A DNA stretch of 24,000 bases from Candidatus Nanosyncoccus sp. (GCA_045651545.1 JAZRSM010000015.1:26640-50639); one strand, 5' to 3'. Counted from the first letter of the stretch, positions 1 to 9,342 are shown. Program-made: numbers and translations. Notes: a model not told the origin generated them from the sequence alone.

Positions 1-2433
1 ATTGGGATTGGCGGACTATTCCTTTATTATAAGAAAGATTTGGACGCTATCCAACTTGATGAACTTAAAGTGTCAGAAACTGTAAACGTCTATCTAGACC
101 GCAGAGGCGAAGTGCTCTGGGAAGACAAGGGTGATGGTGATTATCGCTTGGTAGTGGACGGAGACCAGATTGCGACTTACATGCGCCAAGCAACGGTGGC
201 AATTGAGGATAGAAACTTCTACAACCACAATGGTATTGATTTCTGGTCACTGATTCGTGCAGCGTTTTCTACCTTGACCGGTAAGAGCGTTCAGGGTGGT
301 TCTACCTTAACGCAGCAGTTAATTAAGCAGGTGTATTTCTCCGATGAGGCAAAAGACCGTGGTCTTACTGGTATTCCTCGTAAGATTAAGGAAGCGATTC
401 TCGCAATGGAAATCGAGAAGATGTATTCTAAGGAACAGATTATTACGATGTATCTGAATGAGTCACCTTATGGTGGACGTCGTAATGGCGTGGAATCTGG
501 TGCGCAAGCTTACTTTGGGAAGAGTGCAAAAGATTTGACCTTGGCAGAGTCGGCACTACTTGCGGCGATCCCAAACAATCCAGCCGTGCTTAACCCATAC
601 AATGAATACGGACATGAAGCTTTGCTTTGGCGTCAGCAATATACACTAGATGTGATGGCGGAGCTCGGATATATTACTAAGGAAGAAGCTGAAGAAGCTA
701 AGAAGGTGCCAATTCTAGATCAGATTAAGCCTGATACTAATCAGTATGATAATATCAAGGCGCCACACTTCGTGCTAACCGTTAAGAATATGCTTGAGGA
801 AAAATATGGCGTAAAGACGATGCGTGCAGGTGGTTTCGTAATCAAAACCACACTTGATTATCGTGCACAGCAGTTAGCTGAACAAGCGGTGGCGAATGGC
901 GCGGCTTTGATGGCAAGAAATGGTAGCGATAATATCGCACTAGCGTCGGTTGATGTAAGCACGGCACAAGTGATTGCGATGGTGGGCTCGGCAGACTGGA
1001 ATGCGCCTGGGTATGGCGAGCTAAACGCGGCAACATCACAACTAGAACCTGGTTCTTCGATTAAGCCAATCGTGGATTATGGTCCACTATTTGTGCAACG
1101 TGAAGGACAAAACTATGGTCCTGGCTCGGTTTTGAAAGACGAAAATATCGACTCAATTTATTGTGGTGGATATACGGGTGGTTCTTGTGCGCTTAGAAAC
1201 TATACTGGTTCTTGGTATGGCAACGTGACGATTAGAAGAGCACTAGCTGGTTCCCTTAATATTCCAGCAGTTAAGGCAATGTATATTAACGGCATTGAAA
1301 ATAGCCTAGATATCGCAAGGCAACTTGGTGACGTTTCTTACTGTGCGGGCGAGGGGGTAACTGGTGGTCTTTCTACGGCGATTGGTTCTGGTTGTACTGT
1401 GACACCGATTGAACATGCTAATACTTATGCCTCGATTGCACGTGGCGGCGTCTATAAGGAACTAGCTTATGTGCTAGAGGTAAAGAACTCAGCTGGAGAT
1501 GTGATTGAGAGCTGGCAAGATACAGAGGGTAAGCGTGTCTATGACGAACAAGTAGCTTACATGCTTTCTTCTATTCTGTCTGATGCTAGTGCTCGTTCTA
1601 TCACCTTTGGTGCACAAGGCTCAAGCTTTGGATTTGTCGTACCTGGCGTCTGGACAGCGACTAAGACTGGTACTTCTACGACAGCTATCGCCTCGGTAGC
1701 AAAGGACTCTTGGATTGCGAGCTATTCGCCAGTAGTAGCCACAACAGTCTGGAACGGTAACCATGATGGTTCTGGTCTAGCATCATCTGATAACACCTTA
1801 GTGCGTCGCGTAGTGAATGATTATATGCAAACAGTGCATCCTGATATTTATGGGGCTGAAGGAAAGTGGACGCCAAATCAGGCAATTCCACAGCCAGCTG
1901 GTATCCAGAGGCTGACCGTAAATGGACAGACCGATATCTGGCCAAGCTGGTATAACTCTAAGACGAGCGGCGTGACAAAGGAAACTTTGACGTTTAATAA
2001 ATATACGAAGAAGTTGGCTTCGGCTTGTACTCCAGAGAATCAGAAGATTCAGGTAGAAGCAACCAAGACAATTGATCCGATTACGAAGCGTGAGATTTGG
2101 AGCGTGCCGGATGGATACGATAGAGAGTCGGAAGATGATTGTAGCTATGCAACGCCAACAGTGAGCTTGCTCCCATCGGGAGACACGATGAAGGCTGTGG
2201 TGACATATGGTTCTGCCAAGACAATTTCTTGGTCACTCTACGAAGATGGCGCTGCGATTAAGAGTGGAACAGCAACTTCACCAAATACAACTATCGACCT
2301 TGGTTATGATTTAAGTGGTAGTATTGCTGGAAGAACACTCAAAGTTGTAGTAAAAGATAGCAACGGAGCTGAAGCAAGCAAGTCTTGTAAGGTGACCGTA
2401 AGCTCTGACGGAAAGACCAAGAAGTGTAGCTAA
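1..2433 (+). CDS. Class A penicillin-binding protein (bifunctional transglycosylase/transpeptidase, PBP1A type); 5' end cut by the window edge
   Basis: Frame 1 is open from base 1 (IGIGGLFLYYKK hydrophobic anchor), so the tracked TTG start at 40 is internal. GT51 motifs are present (AIEDRNFYNHNGID, GGSTLTQQ, RKIKE). Transpeptidase motifs are present: SxxK (SSIK), SxN (SLN) and KTG (KTGTS). A C-terminal extension of roughly 170-190 aa follows. Confidence 0.9.
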   Translation: MGIGGLFLYYKKDLDAIQLDELKVSETVNVYLDRRGEVLWEDKGDGDYRLVVDGDQIATYMRQATVAIEDRNFYNHNGIDFWSLIRAAFSTLTGKSVQGGSTLTQQLIKQVYFSDEAKDRGLTGIPRKIKEAILAMEIEKMYSKEQIITMYLNESPYGGRRNGVESGAQAYFGKSAKDLTLAESALLAAIPNNPAVLNPYNEYGHEALLWRQQYTLDVMAELGYITKEEAEEAKKVPILDQIKPDTNQYDNIKAPHFVLTVKNMLEEKYGVKTMRAGGFVIKTTLDYRAQQLAEQAVANGAALMARNGSDNIALASVDVSTAQVIAMVGSADWNAPGYGELNAATSQLEPGSSIKPIVDYGPLFVQREGQNYGPGSVLKDENIDSIYCGGYTGGSCALRNYTGSWYGNVTIRRALAGSLNIPAVKAMYINGIENSLDIARQLGDVSYCAGEGVTGGLSTAIGSGCTVTPIEHANTYASIARGGVYKELAYVLEVKNSAGDVIESWQDTEGKRVYDEQVAYMLSSILSDASARSITFGAQGSSFGFVVPGVWTATKTGTSTTAIASVAKDSWIASYSPVVATTVWNGNHDGSGLASSDNTLVRRVVNDYMQTVHPDIYGAEGKWTPNQAIPQPAGIQRLTVNGQTDIWPSWYNSKTSGVTKETLTFNKYTKKLASACTPENQKIQVEATKTIDPITKREIWSVPDGYDRESEDDCSYATPTVSLLPSGDTMKAVVTYGSAKTISWSLYEDGAAIKSGTATSPNTTIDLGYDLSGSIAGRTLKVVVKDSNGAEASKSCKVTVSSDGKTKKCS

Positions 2434-2444
2434 CGGCTAGCTTG

Positions 2445-2472
2445 AAAAACCGCTCGGTGACGAGCGGTTTTT
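2445..2472. terminator. Bidirectional rho-independent terminator between the convergent PBP and yacL-like genes
   Basis: AAAAACCGCTCG-GTGA-CGAGCGGTTTTT is a perfect GC-rich stem flanked by an A-run and a T-run. It lies between stop codons of convergent genes. Confidence 0.8.
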
Positions 2473-2474
2473 TG

Positions 2475-3158
2475 TTAAATCTTCTTGGCGAAGATGATGC
2501 GACCGGCGGAAGTTTGGTGAGCTTTAATGACCTCGGCGGTGATTTCTTTGCCGATTAGTTTAGAAGCATGATCAATAACAACCATAGTGCCGTCAGATAA
2601 ATGACCGACACCTTGGCCACGGTTGCTACCCTTTTCGGTGATTTTGAGGCGGAATTTGGTGCCTGGAGCAGTATTGCCAAGCAGTGAGACGGCGAGTTCG
2701 TTGACGTTTAAGACGTCGATATGTTCGGTAGCGGCGACTTTGTTAAGATTATAGTCGTTAGTGCAGATGAGGCCGTGATATTCCTTAGCAAGAGAGATAA
2801 GACGTTCGTCAACTGGGGTGCGGTCAAGCTCGTCCTCGTAGATTTCGGCATTACAAAAGACGACGCGCTCTAGTTCCCTAGCATTGTCCATACCGCGACG
2901 AGCGGCGGCACGCTTAATAGTGTCTTTACCGTCGGCGAGGAGTTGGAGCTCGCGAATGACCGATTTAGGAATCAAGAGGTCGTCACCAATGAAGCCGGTC
3001 TGGGCAACAGCGAGAAGACGACCATCAATTAGGGCAGAAGTATCAACAAAAACCTTGCGACGGCCAGATTTTTTGGTATCTTTTTTGAAGTTTTTGACCA
3101 AAATAACCGTGGTCTCCGCGAGAAGGACGAGGACGATAACGAGGATTAAAATTTCCAT
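2475..3158 (-). CDS. yacL: PIN/TRAM-domain membrane-anchored protein (YacL-like)
   Basis: N-terminal TM helix, then a PIN-like block (VDTSALIDGRL..QTGF, IPKSVIRELQLLADGKD, RRGMD) and a C-terminal TRAM-like block (GTMVVI..TSAGRIIFAK). This matches my recollection of B. subtilis YacL. Confidence 0.8.
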   Translation of the reverse strand: MEILILVIVLVLLAETTVILVKNFKKDTKKSGRRKVFVDTSALIDGRLLAVAQTGFIGDDLLIPKSVIRELQLLADGKDTIKRAAARRGMDNARELERVVFCNAEIYEDELDRTPVDERLISLAKEYHGLICTNDYNLNKVAATEHIDVLNVNELAVSLLGNTAPGTKFRLKITEKGSNRGQGVGHLSDGTMVVIDHASKLIGKEITAEVIKAHQTSAGRIIFAKKI

Positions 3159-3164
3159 TTTTAT

Positions 3165-3173
3165 ATTATACCA
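3165..3173 (-). promoter_or_regulatory. Extended -10 promoter (TGGTATAAT) 6 nt upstream of the yacL-like ATG; predicted leaderless mRNA
   Basis: The minus strand reads TGGTATAAT-ATAAAA-ATG. There is no Shine-Dalgarno sequence. The box overlaps the stop codon of the upstream phosphoketolase ORF. Confidence 0.5.
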
Positions 3174-4404
3174 TATTTATCAAATCTTCGCCAGTGGCGC
3201 GAGCGTGGTCAGCGTTCTGATTTAAGATGTTTTGATACTTTTCGATTAGGTCTGAGCGATTTTCGCGACGAGCGACGTCTAGGGCGAGGTCATAGCGAGA
3301 AGCGCCATTTAGGCGGAGCATCTCAAAAGGAGTGGTGGTGGAGCCGCGTTCATTGAAGCCATGAATAGAGAGGCGCTGGTTGTCGGCGTAGTTTATAAGG
3401 ATGGCACGGAGGGCATCTGGATAGCCGTGGAAGTTGGCGATAATTGGCTTGTCGGTAGTGAAATATTCATCAAAGATGTTTTGCGGCATTTTGTGGTCGG
3501 TGGTGCCGATGGCGCTGTAACTTAGAGCGTTGATACCAATGAAGCGGAAACGACGGTCTTTGATATCTTCTCTTAAGATATTGAGCGCGTAGATAGCTTC
3601 GCGCGTCATAATATCGCCAGCGGCAGTGAAGATATAATCAGGGTTATCATCATCATCGGAGGCAAAGCCAAAGATGCTGGCGCCATGTTCGTATTGGAAC
3701 TTAGCGTGATTTCTATCAATCCAGCGAGGTTCGTTGGTTTTGTTAAATGTTGTAAGATTTACAACATTTCTAGAGGAGTACATGAAATTGAAACAGGCGG
3801 CGGTAGCAACATCATCTACTGGGAAGAGGACATTGGAAAGGTTGCTAGGCTGGGAAAGTAGAGCAGAGATAAGAGCTGTGGACTGATGAGAAAAACCGTT
3901 GTGGTCTTGGCGCCAACAAGTGCTAGTGGAGAGGAGACTTAACGCAGGGACAGGGTCGCGCCAAGAAACGGTTTTTGATTGGTCAAGGAATTTGAGATAT
4001 TGGAAGAGCTGGGATGTAACGATACTGAAAAATGATTCGTAGCTCGTCATCATACCTTGGCCGCCCGAGAGGACATGGCCGATCATAGTGGCGAGGAGAA
4101 CGTTTTCCGAGAGAAGTTCGACAATGCGGCCAGAAGCAGATTCGGGGAGGTCCCATGATTCTTTTGGCAAGTTCCAAGCACGAGCGGTAGCATCGTAGGC
4201 GGTGGTGAGCTTGTTTGAAGTGGTTTCGTCAGGTGAGAAAAGGTAGAAAGTAGAGTCATTTTTAATGGCGTGTTTGATTAGCTCGCCGAATTTTTCAGCG
4301 GAAGAGTGGAATTCTTCACCTGGGGAGGTGATTTGGTCTGGGCCAAGGAGATGGTTAGGAATCATAGCGTTCATAGTTTTCGTGGTGTTCATAGTGATGC
4401 TCAT
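3166..4404 (-). CDS. xfp: Phosphoketolase (XFP family), middle + C-terminal portion encoded as a separate ORF
   Basis: FSPDETTSNKL, SYESF, WRQDHNGFSHQ and HGFNERGSTTTPFEM are collinear with the C-terminal two-thirds of known xylulose-5-P/fructose-6-P phosphoketolases. The ORF has its own AGGAGG about 10 nt upstream of the ATG, and the ATG overlaps the upstream stop (ATGA). Confidence 0.85.
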   Translation of the reverse strand: MSITMNTTKTMNAMIPNHLLGPDQITSPGEEFHSSAEKFGELIKHAIKNDSTFYLFSPDETTSNKLTTAYDATARAWNLPKESWDLPESASGRIVELLSENVLLATMIGHVLSGGQGMMTSYESFFSIVTSQLFQYLKFLDQSKTVSWRDPVPALSLLSTSTCWRQDHNGFSHQSTALISALLSQPSNLSNVLFPVDDVATAACFNFMYSSRNVVNLTTFNKTNEPRWIDRNHAKFQYEHGASIFGFASDDDDNPDYIFTAAGDIMTREAIYALNILREDIKDRRFRFIGINALSYSAIGTTDHKMPQNIFDEYFTTDKPIIANFHGYPDALRAILINYADNQRLSIHGFNERGSTTTPFEMLRLNGASRYDLALDVARRENRSDLIEKYQNILNQNADHARATGEDLINMV

Positions 4405-5354
4405 AGCGTGAAGCCCTCCTTTTTGTTGAAGAGTTCTTCAAAATGGTAGCTTTTTAGCCAGTCTGATAGCGTACTTAACTCGGCTTCGTCGGTTTTAGGA
4501 TGCTTTAATGGGATTTGATGAGAGAGGTAGTTGCCGGCGATTTTCTCATTGCGATAGAAAGTCGGTCCGGTTTTTCCCTTTTCTGATTTCATAATAAGGA
4601 AAGGATTAGCTTGGCTATTAGCAGATTCTATGGCGTCTTGGAAGGCATTGGCGTTTTCGCCGTTAAAGATACTAGGGGCATAGCCGAAACCGCGAAGCTG
4701 TTCTAGAAGTTCGCGCTCGGATTTCCTAGCGGCTACGGTTGGACCAGAAATTTTGTAGCCGTTAAGGTGGAGGATAGGCAGAACTTTGCCGTTAGCGTCT
4801 GTGCCGAGAAGCTTGGCAAGGTTAAGCGAAGCAAGTGCGGTGGCGGTTTCGAATTCGCCGTCACCGATGAGGACGGCTACGGTTTTTTCGGGGTGGCCTA
4901 GGGCGGCGCCATAAGCAGTAGCAAGCGCGTAGCCTAATTCCCCGCCTTCGCAGATGACCCCTGGGGTAACTGGGCTAGCATGAGACGGAAAACCACCTGG
5001 CCAAGAGAAATTTTTGCAGATGTAGGCGATACCTTCTGTGTCAGGTTTGGCACGGTCGTCAACTTGCGCTAGGTCGCCATCGAGGAAGAGGTTAGCTTGT
5101 AAGGCTGGGAAACCGTGCCCTGGGCCTAGGATAAAAGTGAAGCTATTACCATAGGCGTATTTAAGATTAGCATAAGTGAGATTGATACCGTGGCAAGTAC
5201 CCCAGTGACCAAGGAGGCGAGGTTTAATATCGTCTGCGGATAGTGGCTTTTCTAGGAGAAAGTTTGACTTTAGATAAAGCTGCGCAACAGAAAGATAGTC
5301 GCAAGCGCGGACGCGGCGCCCTATATATTCTGGATTGATGCCCAGCCCATACAT
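4401..5354 (-). CDS. xfp: Phosphoketolase (XFP family), N-terminal thiamine-diphosphate-binding portion encoded as a separate ORF
   Basis: LLGHWGTCHGIN, GPGHG, EGGELGYAL, GDGEFETA, LHLNGYKI and SHQIPL are collinear with the XFP N-terminal domain. The ORF stops in the interdomain linker. Confidence 0.85.
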   Translation of the reverse strand: MYGLGINPEYIGRRVRACDYLSVAQLYLKSNFLLEKPLSADDIKPRLLGHWGTCHGINLTYANLKYAYGNSFTFILGPGHGFPALQANLFLDGDLAQVDDRAKPDTEGIAYICKNFSWPGGFPSHASPVTPGVICEGGELGYALATAYGAALGHPEKTVAVLIGDGEFETATALASLNLAKLLGTDANGKVLPILHLNGYKISGPTVAARKSERELLEQLRGFGYAPSIFNGENANAFQDAIESANSQANPFLIMKSEKGKTGPTFYRNEKIAGNYLSHQIPLKHPKTDEAELSTLSDWLKSYHFEELFNKKEGFTL

Positions 5355-5360
5355 GACTTA

Positions 5361-5369
5361 ATTATACCA
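5361..5369 (-). promoter_or_regulatory. Extended -10 promoter (TGGTATAAT) 6 nt upstream of the phosphoketolase ATG; predicted leaderless mRNA
   Basis: The minus strand reads TGGTATAAT-TAAGTC-ATG, with no SD. Confidence 0.5.
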
Positions 5370-5440
5370 TAAGCGGAGTGGTTTTAAGCATAAGCATTGC
5401 AATTTTAAGCGTAGGCGGTATCGATTTAATCAGGTTTGAT

Positions 5441-6079
5441 TTAGCGATTGTGTTTGGCAAAGTCGTAAAGACGATCAACGAGCTCGGCGAAGACTTCTTC
5501 GCGAGTCATGTCGGCGCGAACTTGGACAAGGAGACCGAGAGCCTGATAGTGCTGAATGACTGGCATAGTTTTCTCGATGAATTCTTTAATACGGATACCA
5601 AAGATACCGCGGCTTTTGTCATCTTCACGTTTGGTGACTTCTTGACCAGTTTCGCGGACACCGTTGTCACGGACGGTTTCCCAACGACTTTCGACATCGG
5701 CTTCGGAAATATTAAGCAAAATAGCAGCCTTTATCGGATGGTCAGCCTCGGCGGCAGCGTTCATGACTTCATTTTCTTCGCCACTCCAACGGCCGACGGA
5801 AGACAAGACAAGTGCAGATTCCTTCAAATCGGGGCGCGCAAAATATGGCAAAACCCAATCGTAGAAAACATCAGTTGGAGCAAGGGCGCCACCTTCGGTG
5901 TAATGTTCACCTTTTTCTTGTTCCATAGCCCGGATAATCATGCCGGAAGACAAAAATCTGGCGCCAAGACTTTCGGCAAGTTTGATGCCGACGGTATCTT
6001 TGCCACTCATTGGTAAGCCAAAAATGTTGATAGAACCCGTGCCGAGCCATTCTTTGATGTATGCTAGTTTTTCTTCCAT
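5441..6079 (-). CDS. Adenylate kinase-family / P-loop nucleoside monophosphate kinase-like protein
   Basis: The P-loop-like motif GLPMSGKDT near the N-terminus, the size (212 aa) and the overall layout resemble NMP kinases. An AGGAG SD lies 6 nt upstream. Substrate specificity cannot be assigned. Confidence 0.55.
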   Translation of the reverse strand: MEEKLAYIKEWLGTGSINIFGLPMSGKDTVGIKLAESLGARFLSSGMIIRAMEQEKGEHYTEGGALAPTDVFYDWVLPYFARPDLKESALVLSSVGRWSGEENEVMNAAAEADHPIKAAILLNISEADVESRWETVRDNGVRETGQEVTKREDDKSRGIFGIRIKEFIEKTMPVIQHYQALGLLVQVRADMTREEVFAELVDRLYDFAKHNR

Positions 6080-6123
6080 TTGATTCTCCTTTACATTTTT
6101 GAATTATTTTTGCGCGTTAATTT

Positions 6124-6609
6124 TTAGACATTTTTGACTTTGACCATAGCGGGGCGAATAACGTTACCCTCGTAAATATAGCCAGCGCGCAAAGTTTCTG
6201 ACACGACTTCTTTTTCTCCTTCGGATTCTTCCATCATGATAGCGTCATGTAAATCTGGATTAAAGTCGGTGCCTGTAGCCGAGTCGATTTTTTGGAGCTT
6301 CAATTCGGTGAGAGTTTTTTCTAGATTTTTCTCAAGCGGCTTTAGCTCTGGAGTGGCGGCAATTGCGCGATCAATGTCGTCTAGGAGTGGTAAGATTTTG
6401 CGGACAGTTTCGTATTTAGCAAAAGAAGCGGCCTGAGCTTTTTGGGCGTCCATTTGTTTGCGATAGTTCTCGAAATCAGCGCGAGTACGCTGAAGATCGG
6501 CGGTTAGCTCGGCGATTTTCTGAGCGTATTGAGCGCTTTGTGAGCTGTTAGTTTGTGGGGCGTCAGCTTGTGGATTGTTAGTTTTTTGATTGTCGGATTT
6601 TTTAAGCAT
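6124..6609 (-). CDS. grpE: GrpE nucleotide exchange factor
   Basis: A coiled-coil region (LQRTRADFENYRKQ) followed by a C-terminal beta domain (HDAIMMEES..GYIYEGNVIRPAMVKV). A GAGGAGG SD is present. The gene overlaps the hrcA stop by 8 nt. Confidence 0.9.
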   Translation of the reverse strand: MLKKSDNQKTNNPQADAPQTNSSQSAQYAQKIAELTADLQRTRADFENYRKQMDAQKAQAASFAKYETVRKILPLLDDIDRAIAATPELKPLEKNLEKTLTELKLQKIDSATGTDFNPDLHDAIMMEESEGEKEVVSETLRAGYIYEGNVIRPAMVKVKNV

Positions 6610-7429
6610 TACATACCTCCTCTAACATATTTCCTGCGCGACGAACGAGCGACATGACGCGACCGTAATTCTGACGAGTCGGGCCAAGAACGCCAATATA
6701 ACTATTATCTGAATACGGCGAGCGGAATTTGCTGATAATTAGTGAAACTTCGGAAGTTTTGCCGATAGGATTTTCTTCGCCGATGAAAATATTGAGTGGC
6801 TCGCCTGGAGCGGCTTCACGGAGCCAAGGCTCGAGGTTATCTAGAAGTTTTGCGACGCTTTGGACGCGAGCGGTATCCATAAATTCTGGCTGAGTGAAGA
6901 GGCGTGACATACCGGCAAGGTAAAGCTGGTCGCCGATAGTAGCAAGACCGAGGTTACCAGTAAGCTCAACGAGAGAGTCGACGGCGCCACGAATTGCGAA
7001 ATCAGCGCGCTTTTGGGACTCGATGCGAAGCTTAATGGCGTGAGACTCACGTTCGGCGCGACCGTCGGAAAGAAGGCGCGAAAAACTAGTGAGTGAGCTT
7101 TCTGGAAGGGAGTTAGCCTGGTTGAGAGTGCCTGGATTAAGCGTGCTTTGGCTGGCGCCTTGGTTGGCGCTTGGATTGGCGCTGTTCATGTTTTCGGTAA
7201 GAGAATTAACATAGAGACGGTAGCCAGAGTCGGTCGGGACACGGCCGGCAGAAGTATGTGGCTGAACTAGCAAGCCAACTTCTTCTAGCTTGGCCATTTC
7301 GGAACGGATAGTAGCACTAGAAACACCAAAAAGTTTAGCCAAAGTAACCGAGCCAACAGGAGCGGCGGTTTCGGCGTATTCTTCGATAATTGCAAAGAGA
7401 ACTTCTTTTTGGCGCTTGGTAATTGTCAT
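6602..7429 (-). CDS. hrcA: HrcA heat-inducible transcription repressor
   Basis: N-terminal wHTH (RQKEVLFAIIEEY..PVGSVTLAK..VSSATIRSEMAKLEE.GLL.QPHTSAGRVPTDSGYRLYV). I place the start at ATG 7429 (MTITKRQ), not the tracked 7453, because a TATAAT box sits 6 nt upstream of 7429 and the CIRCE element lies beyond it. Confidence 0.9.
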   Translation of the reverse strand: MTITKRQKEVLFAIIEEYAETAAPVGSVTLAKLFGVSSATIRSEMAKLEEVGLLVQPHTSAGRVPTDSGYRLYVNSLTENMNSANPSANQGASQSTLNPGTLNQANSLPESSLTSFSRLLSDGRAERESHAIKLRIESQKRADFAIRGAVDSLVELTGNLGLATIGDQLYLAGMSRLFTQPEFMDTARVQSVAKLLDNLEPWLREAAPGEPLNIFIGEENPIGKTSEVSLIISKFRSPYSDNSYIGVLGPTRQNYGRVMSLVRRAGNMLEEVCNA

Positions 7430-7435
7430 AACTAT

Positions 7436-7441
7436 ATTATA
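7436..7441 (-). promoter_or_regulatory. -10 box (TATAAT) of the hrcA-grpE operon, 6 nt from the ATG
   Basis: The minus strand reads TATAAT-ATAGTT-ATG. CIRCE begins 6 nt further upstream and covers the -35 region. Confidence 0.5.
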
Positions 7442-7446
7442 GTAAA

Positions 7447-7473
7447 TTAGCACTTAAAATGCAAGAGTGCTAA
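7447..7473. promoter_or_regulatory. CIRCE operator (HrcA binding site)
   Basis: TTAGCACTT-N9-GAGTGCTAA has one mismatch to the canonical TTAGCACTC-N9-GAGTGCTAA consensus. It lies directly upstream of hrcA. Confidence 0.9.
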
Positions 7474-7534
7474 TTTTATTTAGCGCGGTGGGAATTTTTT
7501 GGAATTTTTGAGGTTTACATGCAAGTTGTGATGG

Positions 7535-9322
7535 CTAGTTGTCGCGTTTTAGCATGACGGTAAAGGCTTCTGAAGGGATGTCGATTTTGCCAAAGCGTTT
7601 CATGCGGGCTTTGCCGCGTTTTTGCTTTTCTAGCAATTTGGCTTTTCTATCGCGGTCGCCAGTATGAATTTTGACGGTGACATCTTTGCGGTATGCGCCG
7701 ATGGTTTCGCGGGCGATGATCCTGGCGCCGATGGCGGCCTGGAGTGCCACCTCAAAATTCTGACGAGGGATGACTTCTTTTAGCTTTTTCGTGATTTCGC
7801 GCCCGAGCGCGTCGGCCTCCGTGCGGTGGCACATACAGGCCAGTGCGTCGATTTTCTGGCCACCGACCAGAAAATCGACTCGCACCAAATCTTCTGGCCG
7901 ATAGTCGGCAAGCTCATAGTTAAACGAAGCATAGCCGGATGTAGACGACTTTAACTGGTCATAAAAGTCGGTCAGAAGATTTGCCATCGGCGCCTCAAAG
8001 TCTATAACGGCGCGATCTTCAATATAACTCAAATTAGTTTGGTGCCCGCGTTTTTCTACAATTAAATTTAGGACATTGCCAATCATAGTCTTAGGCACAA
8101 TAATTTCGCCCTTGACCCATGGCTCGCGGATTTCTAAAATCTCGTTCATGTCAGGAAGGTCGGCAGCGGATTTGATTTCCATTTCTTCACCAGAATTTAG
8201 TGTTACCTGATAATTAGTAGAAGGATTCGTAACGACTAAATCCAAATCGAATTCACGCTCCAAACGCTCACGAATGATGTCCATGTGGAGTAGCCCCAAG
8301 AAACCGATGCGAAGGCCAAAGCCCAACACTGGTGAATTTTCTGGCTCAAATTGAAGCGCAGAATCAGAAAGTGCTAATTTTTCGATAGCTTCTTTTAGGG
8401 TCTTGTAGTCCTCGTTAGAAACTGGGAAGAAACCAGCATAGACAAAAGGTTGGACATTTTTATACCCTGGAAGAGGCTCCGTGGCAGGCGACTTTACAAG
8501 TGTCACAGTATCGCCAACTTTAGCCTCGCGCGTAGTCTTTAAGTTCGTCACAATATAGCCGATTTCACCTTCCTCTAGCTCAGGCTTAGGACTCATCTCA
8601 GGCTTTAATATGCCAACTTCTAGAGCTAGGCCGTGACTGCCAGCGGCCATCATTTTAATTTCACTATTCTTTGGAAGTTTGCCGTCAAAAATTCTGACAT
8701 ATAAAACTACGCCACGGTAGTCGTCAAAATAGCTATCGAAAATTAAAGCACGCAGAGGCACCGAGTGCGATAGTGCCTTGCTCGGCGCTGGTGCTTTTTC
8801 GATGATTCTGTCTAGTACTTGCTCGACGTTGAGGCCGGTTTTGGCGGAGACGCCAATGATTTCTTCGCGGTCGCAGCCAAGAAGATTTACAATTTGGTCT
8901 TTAACTTTTTCGACGTCGGCAGCAGGAAGATCAATTTTGTTAATGACTGGAATGATGTATAAATCTTGTTCCAAAGCTAAATAGACATTGGCCAGAGTCT
9001 GCGCCTGAATGCCCTGCGTCGCATCAACTACCAGAATCGCGCTTTCTACGGCCTGAAGCGAGCGGCTAACTTCATAAGAAAAATCAACATGACCTGGGGT
9101 ATCAATTAGATTTAGCTCGTAGCCTTTGTAATGCATCTGCACAGGCGTGAGTTTAATCGTAATTCCCTTTTCGCGTTCAAGTTCCATGGAATCCAAAAGC
9201 TGCGCTTTCATTTCACGCTTTGCCACGGTGCCAGTGATTTCCATCATGCGGTCTGCAAGGGTGGATTTACCATGATCGATGTGAGCAATAATACAAAAAT
9301 TTCGGATTTTGTCGGTATTCAT
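7535..9322 (-). CDS. lepA: Translation elongation factor 4 (LepA/EF4)
   Basis: GTPase motifs AHIDHGKST, DTPGH and NKID, followed by the LepA-specific C-terminal domain (GARIIARE..YRKDV..K..GGD..RK.KLLEKQK.GK). Length is 595 aa. Confidence 0.95.
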   Translation of the reverse strand: MNTDKIRNFCIIAHIDHGKSTLADRMMEITGTVAKREMKAQLLDSMELEREKGITIKLTPVQMHYKGYELNLIDTPGHVDFSYEVSRSLQAVESAILVVDATQGIQAQTLANVYLALEQDLYIIPVINKIDLPAADVEKVKDQIVNLLGCDREEIIGVSAKTGLNVEQVLDRIIEKAPAPSKALSHSVPLRALIFDSYFDDYRGVVLYVRIFDGKLPKNSEIKMMAAGSHGLALEVGILKPEMSPKPELEEGEIGYIVTNLKTTREAKVGDTVTLVKSPATEPLPGYKNVQPFVYAGFFPVSNEDYKTLKEAIEKLALSDSALQFEPENSPVLGFGLRIGFLGLLHMDIIRERLEREFDLDLVVTNPSTNYQVTLNSGEEMEIKSAADLPDMNEILEIREPWVKGEIIVPKTMIGNVLNLIVEKRGHQTNLSYIEDRAVIDFEAPMANLLTDFYDQLKSSTSGYASFNYELADYRPEDLVRVDFLVGGQKIDALACMCHRTEADALGREITKKLKEVIPRQNFEVALQAAIGARIIARETIGAYRKDVTVKIHTGDRDRKAKLLEKQKRGKARMKRFGKIDIPSEAFTVMLKRDN

Positions 9323-9333
9323 TATTACTAACT

Positions 9334-9342
9334 ATTATAACA
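9334..9342 (-). promoter_or_regulatory. Extended -10 promoter (TGTTATAAT) 11 nt upstream of the lepA ATG
   Basis: The minus strand reads TGTTATAAT-AGTTAGTAATA-ATG. The box overlaps the tilS stop codon. No SD is present. Confidence 0.4.

Noticed and set aside
2884-3225. 113-aa plus-strand ORF overlapping the yacL-like gene start
   Set aside because: It is antisense to a gene with clear PIN/TRAM homology, and its Arg/Ser-rich composition indicates a shadow ORF.
5378-6016. 212-aa plus-strand ORF mirroring the kinase-like gene
   Set aside because: It is an exact antisense shadow of the minus-strand ORF that carries the P-loop motif and an SD. It has no motif or start context of its own.
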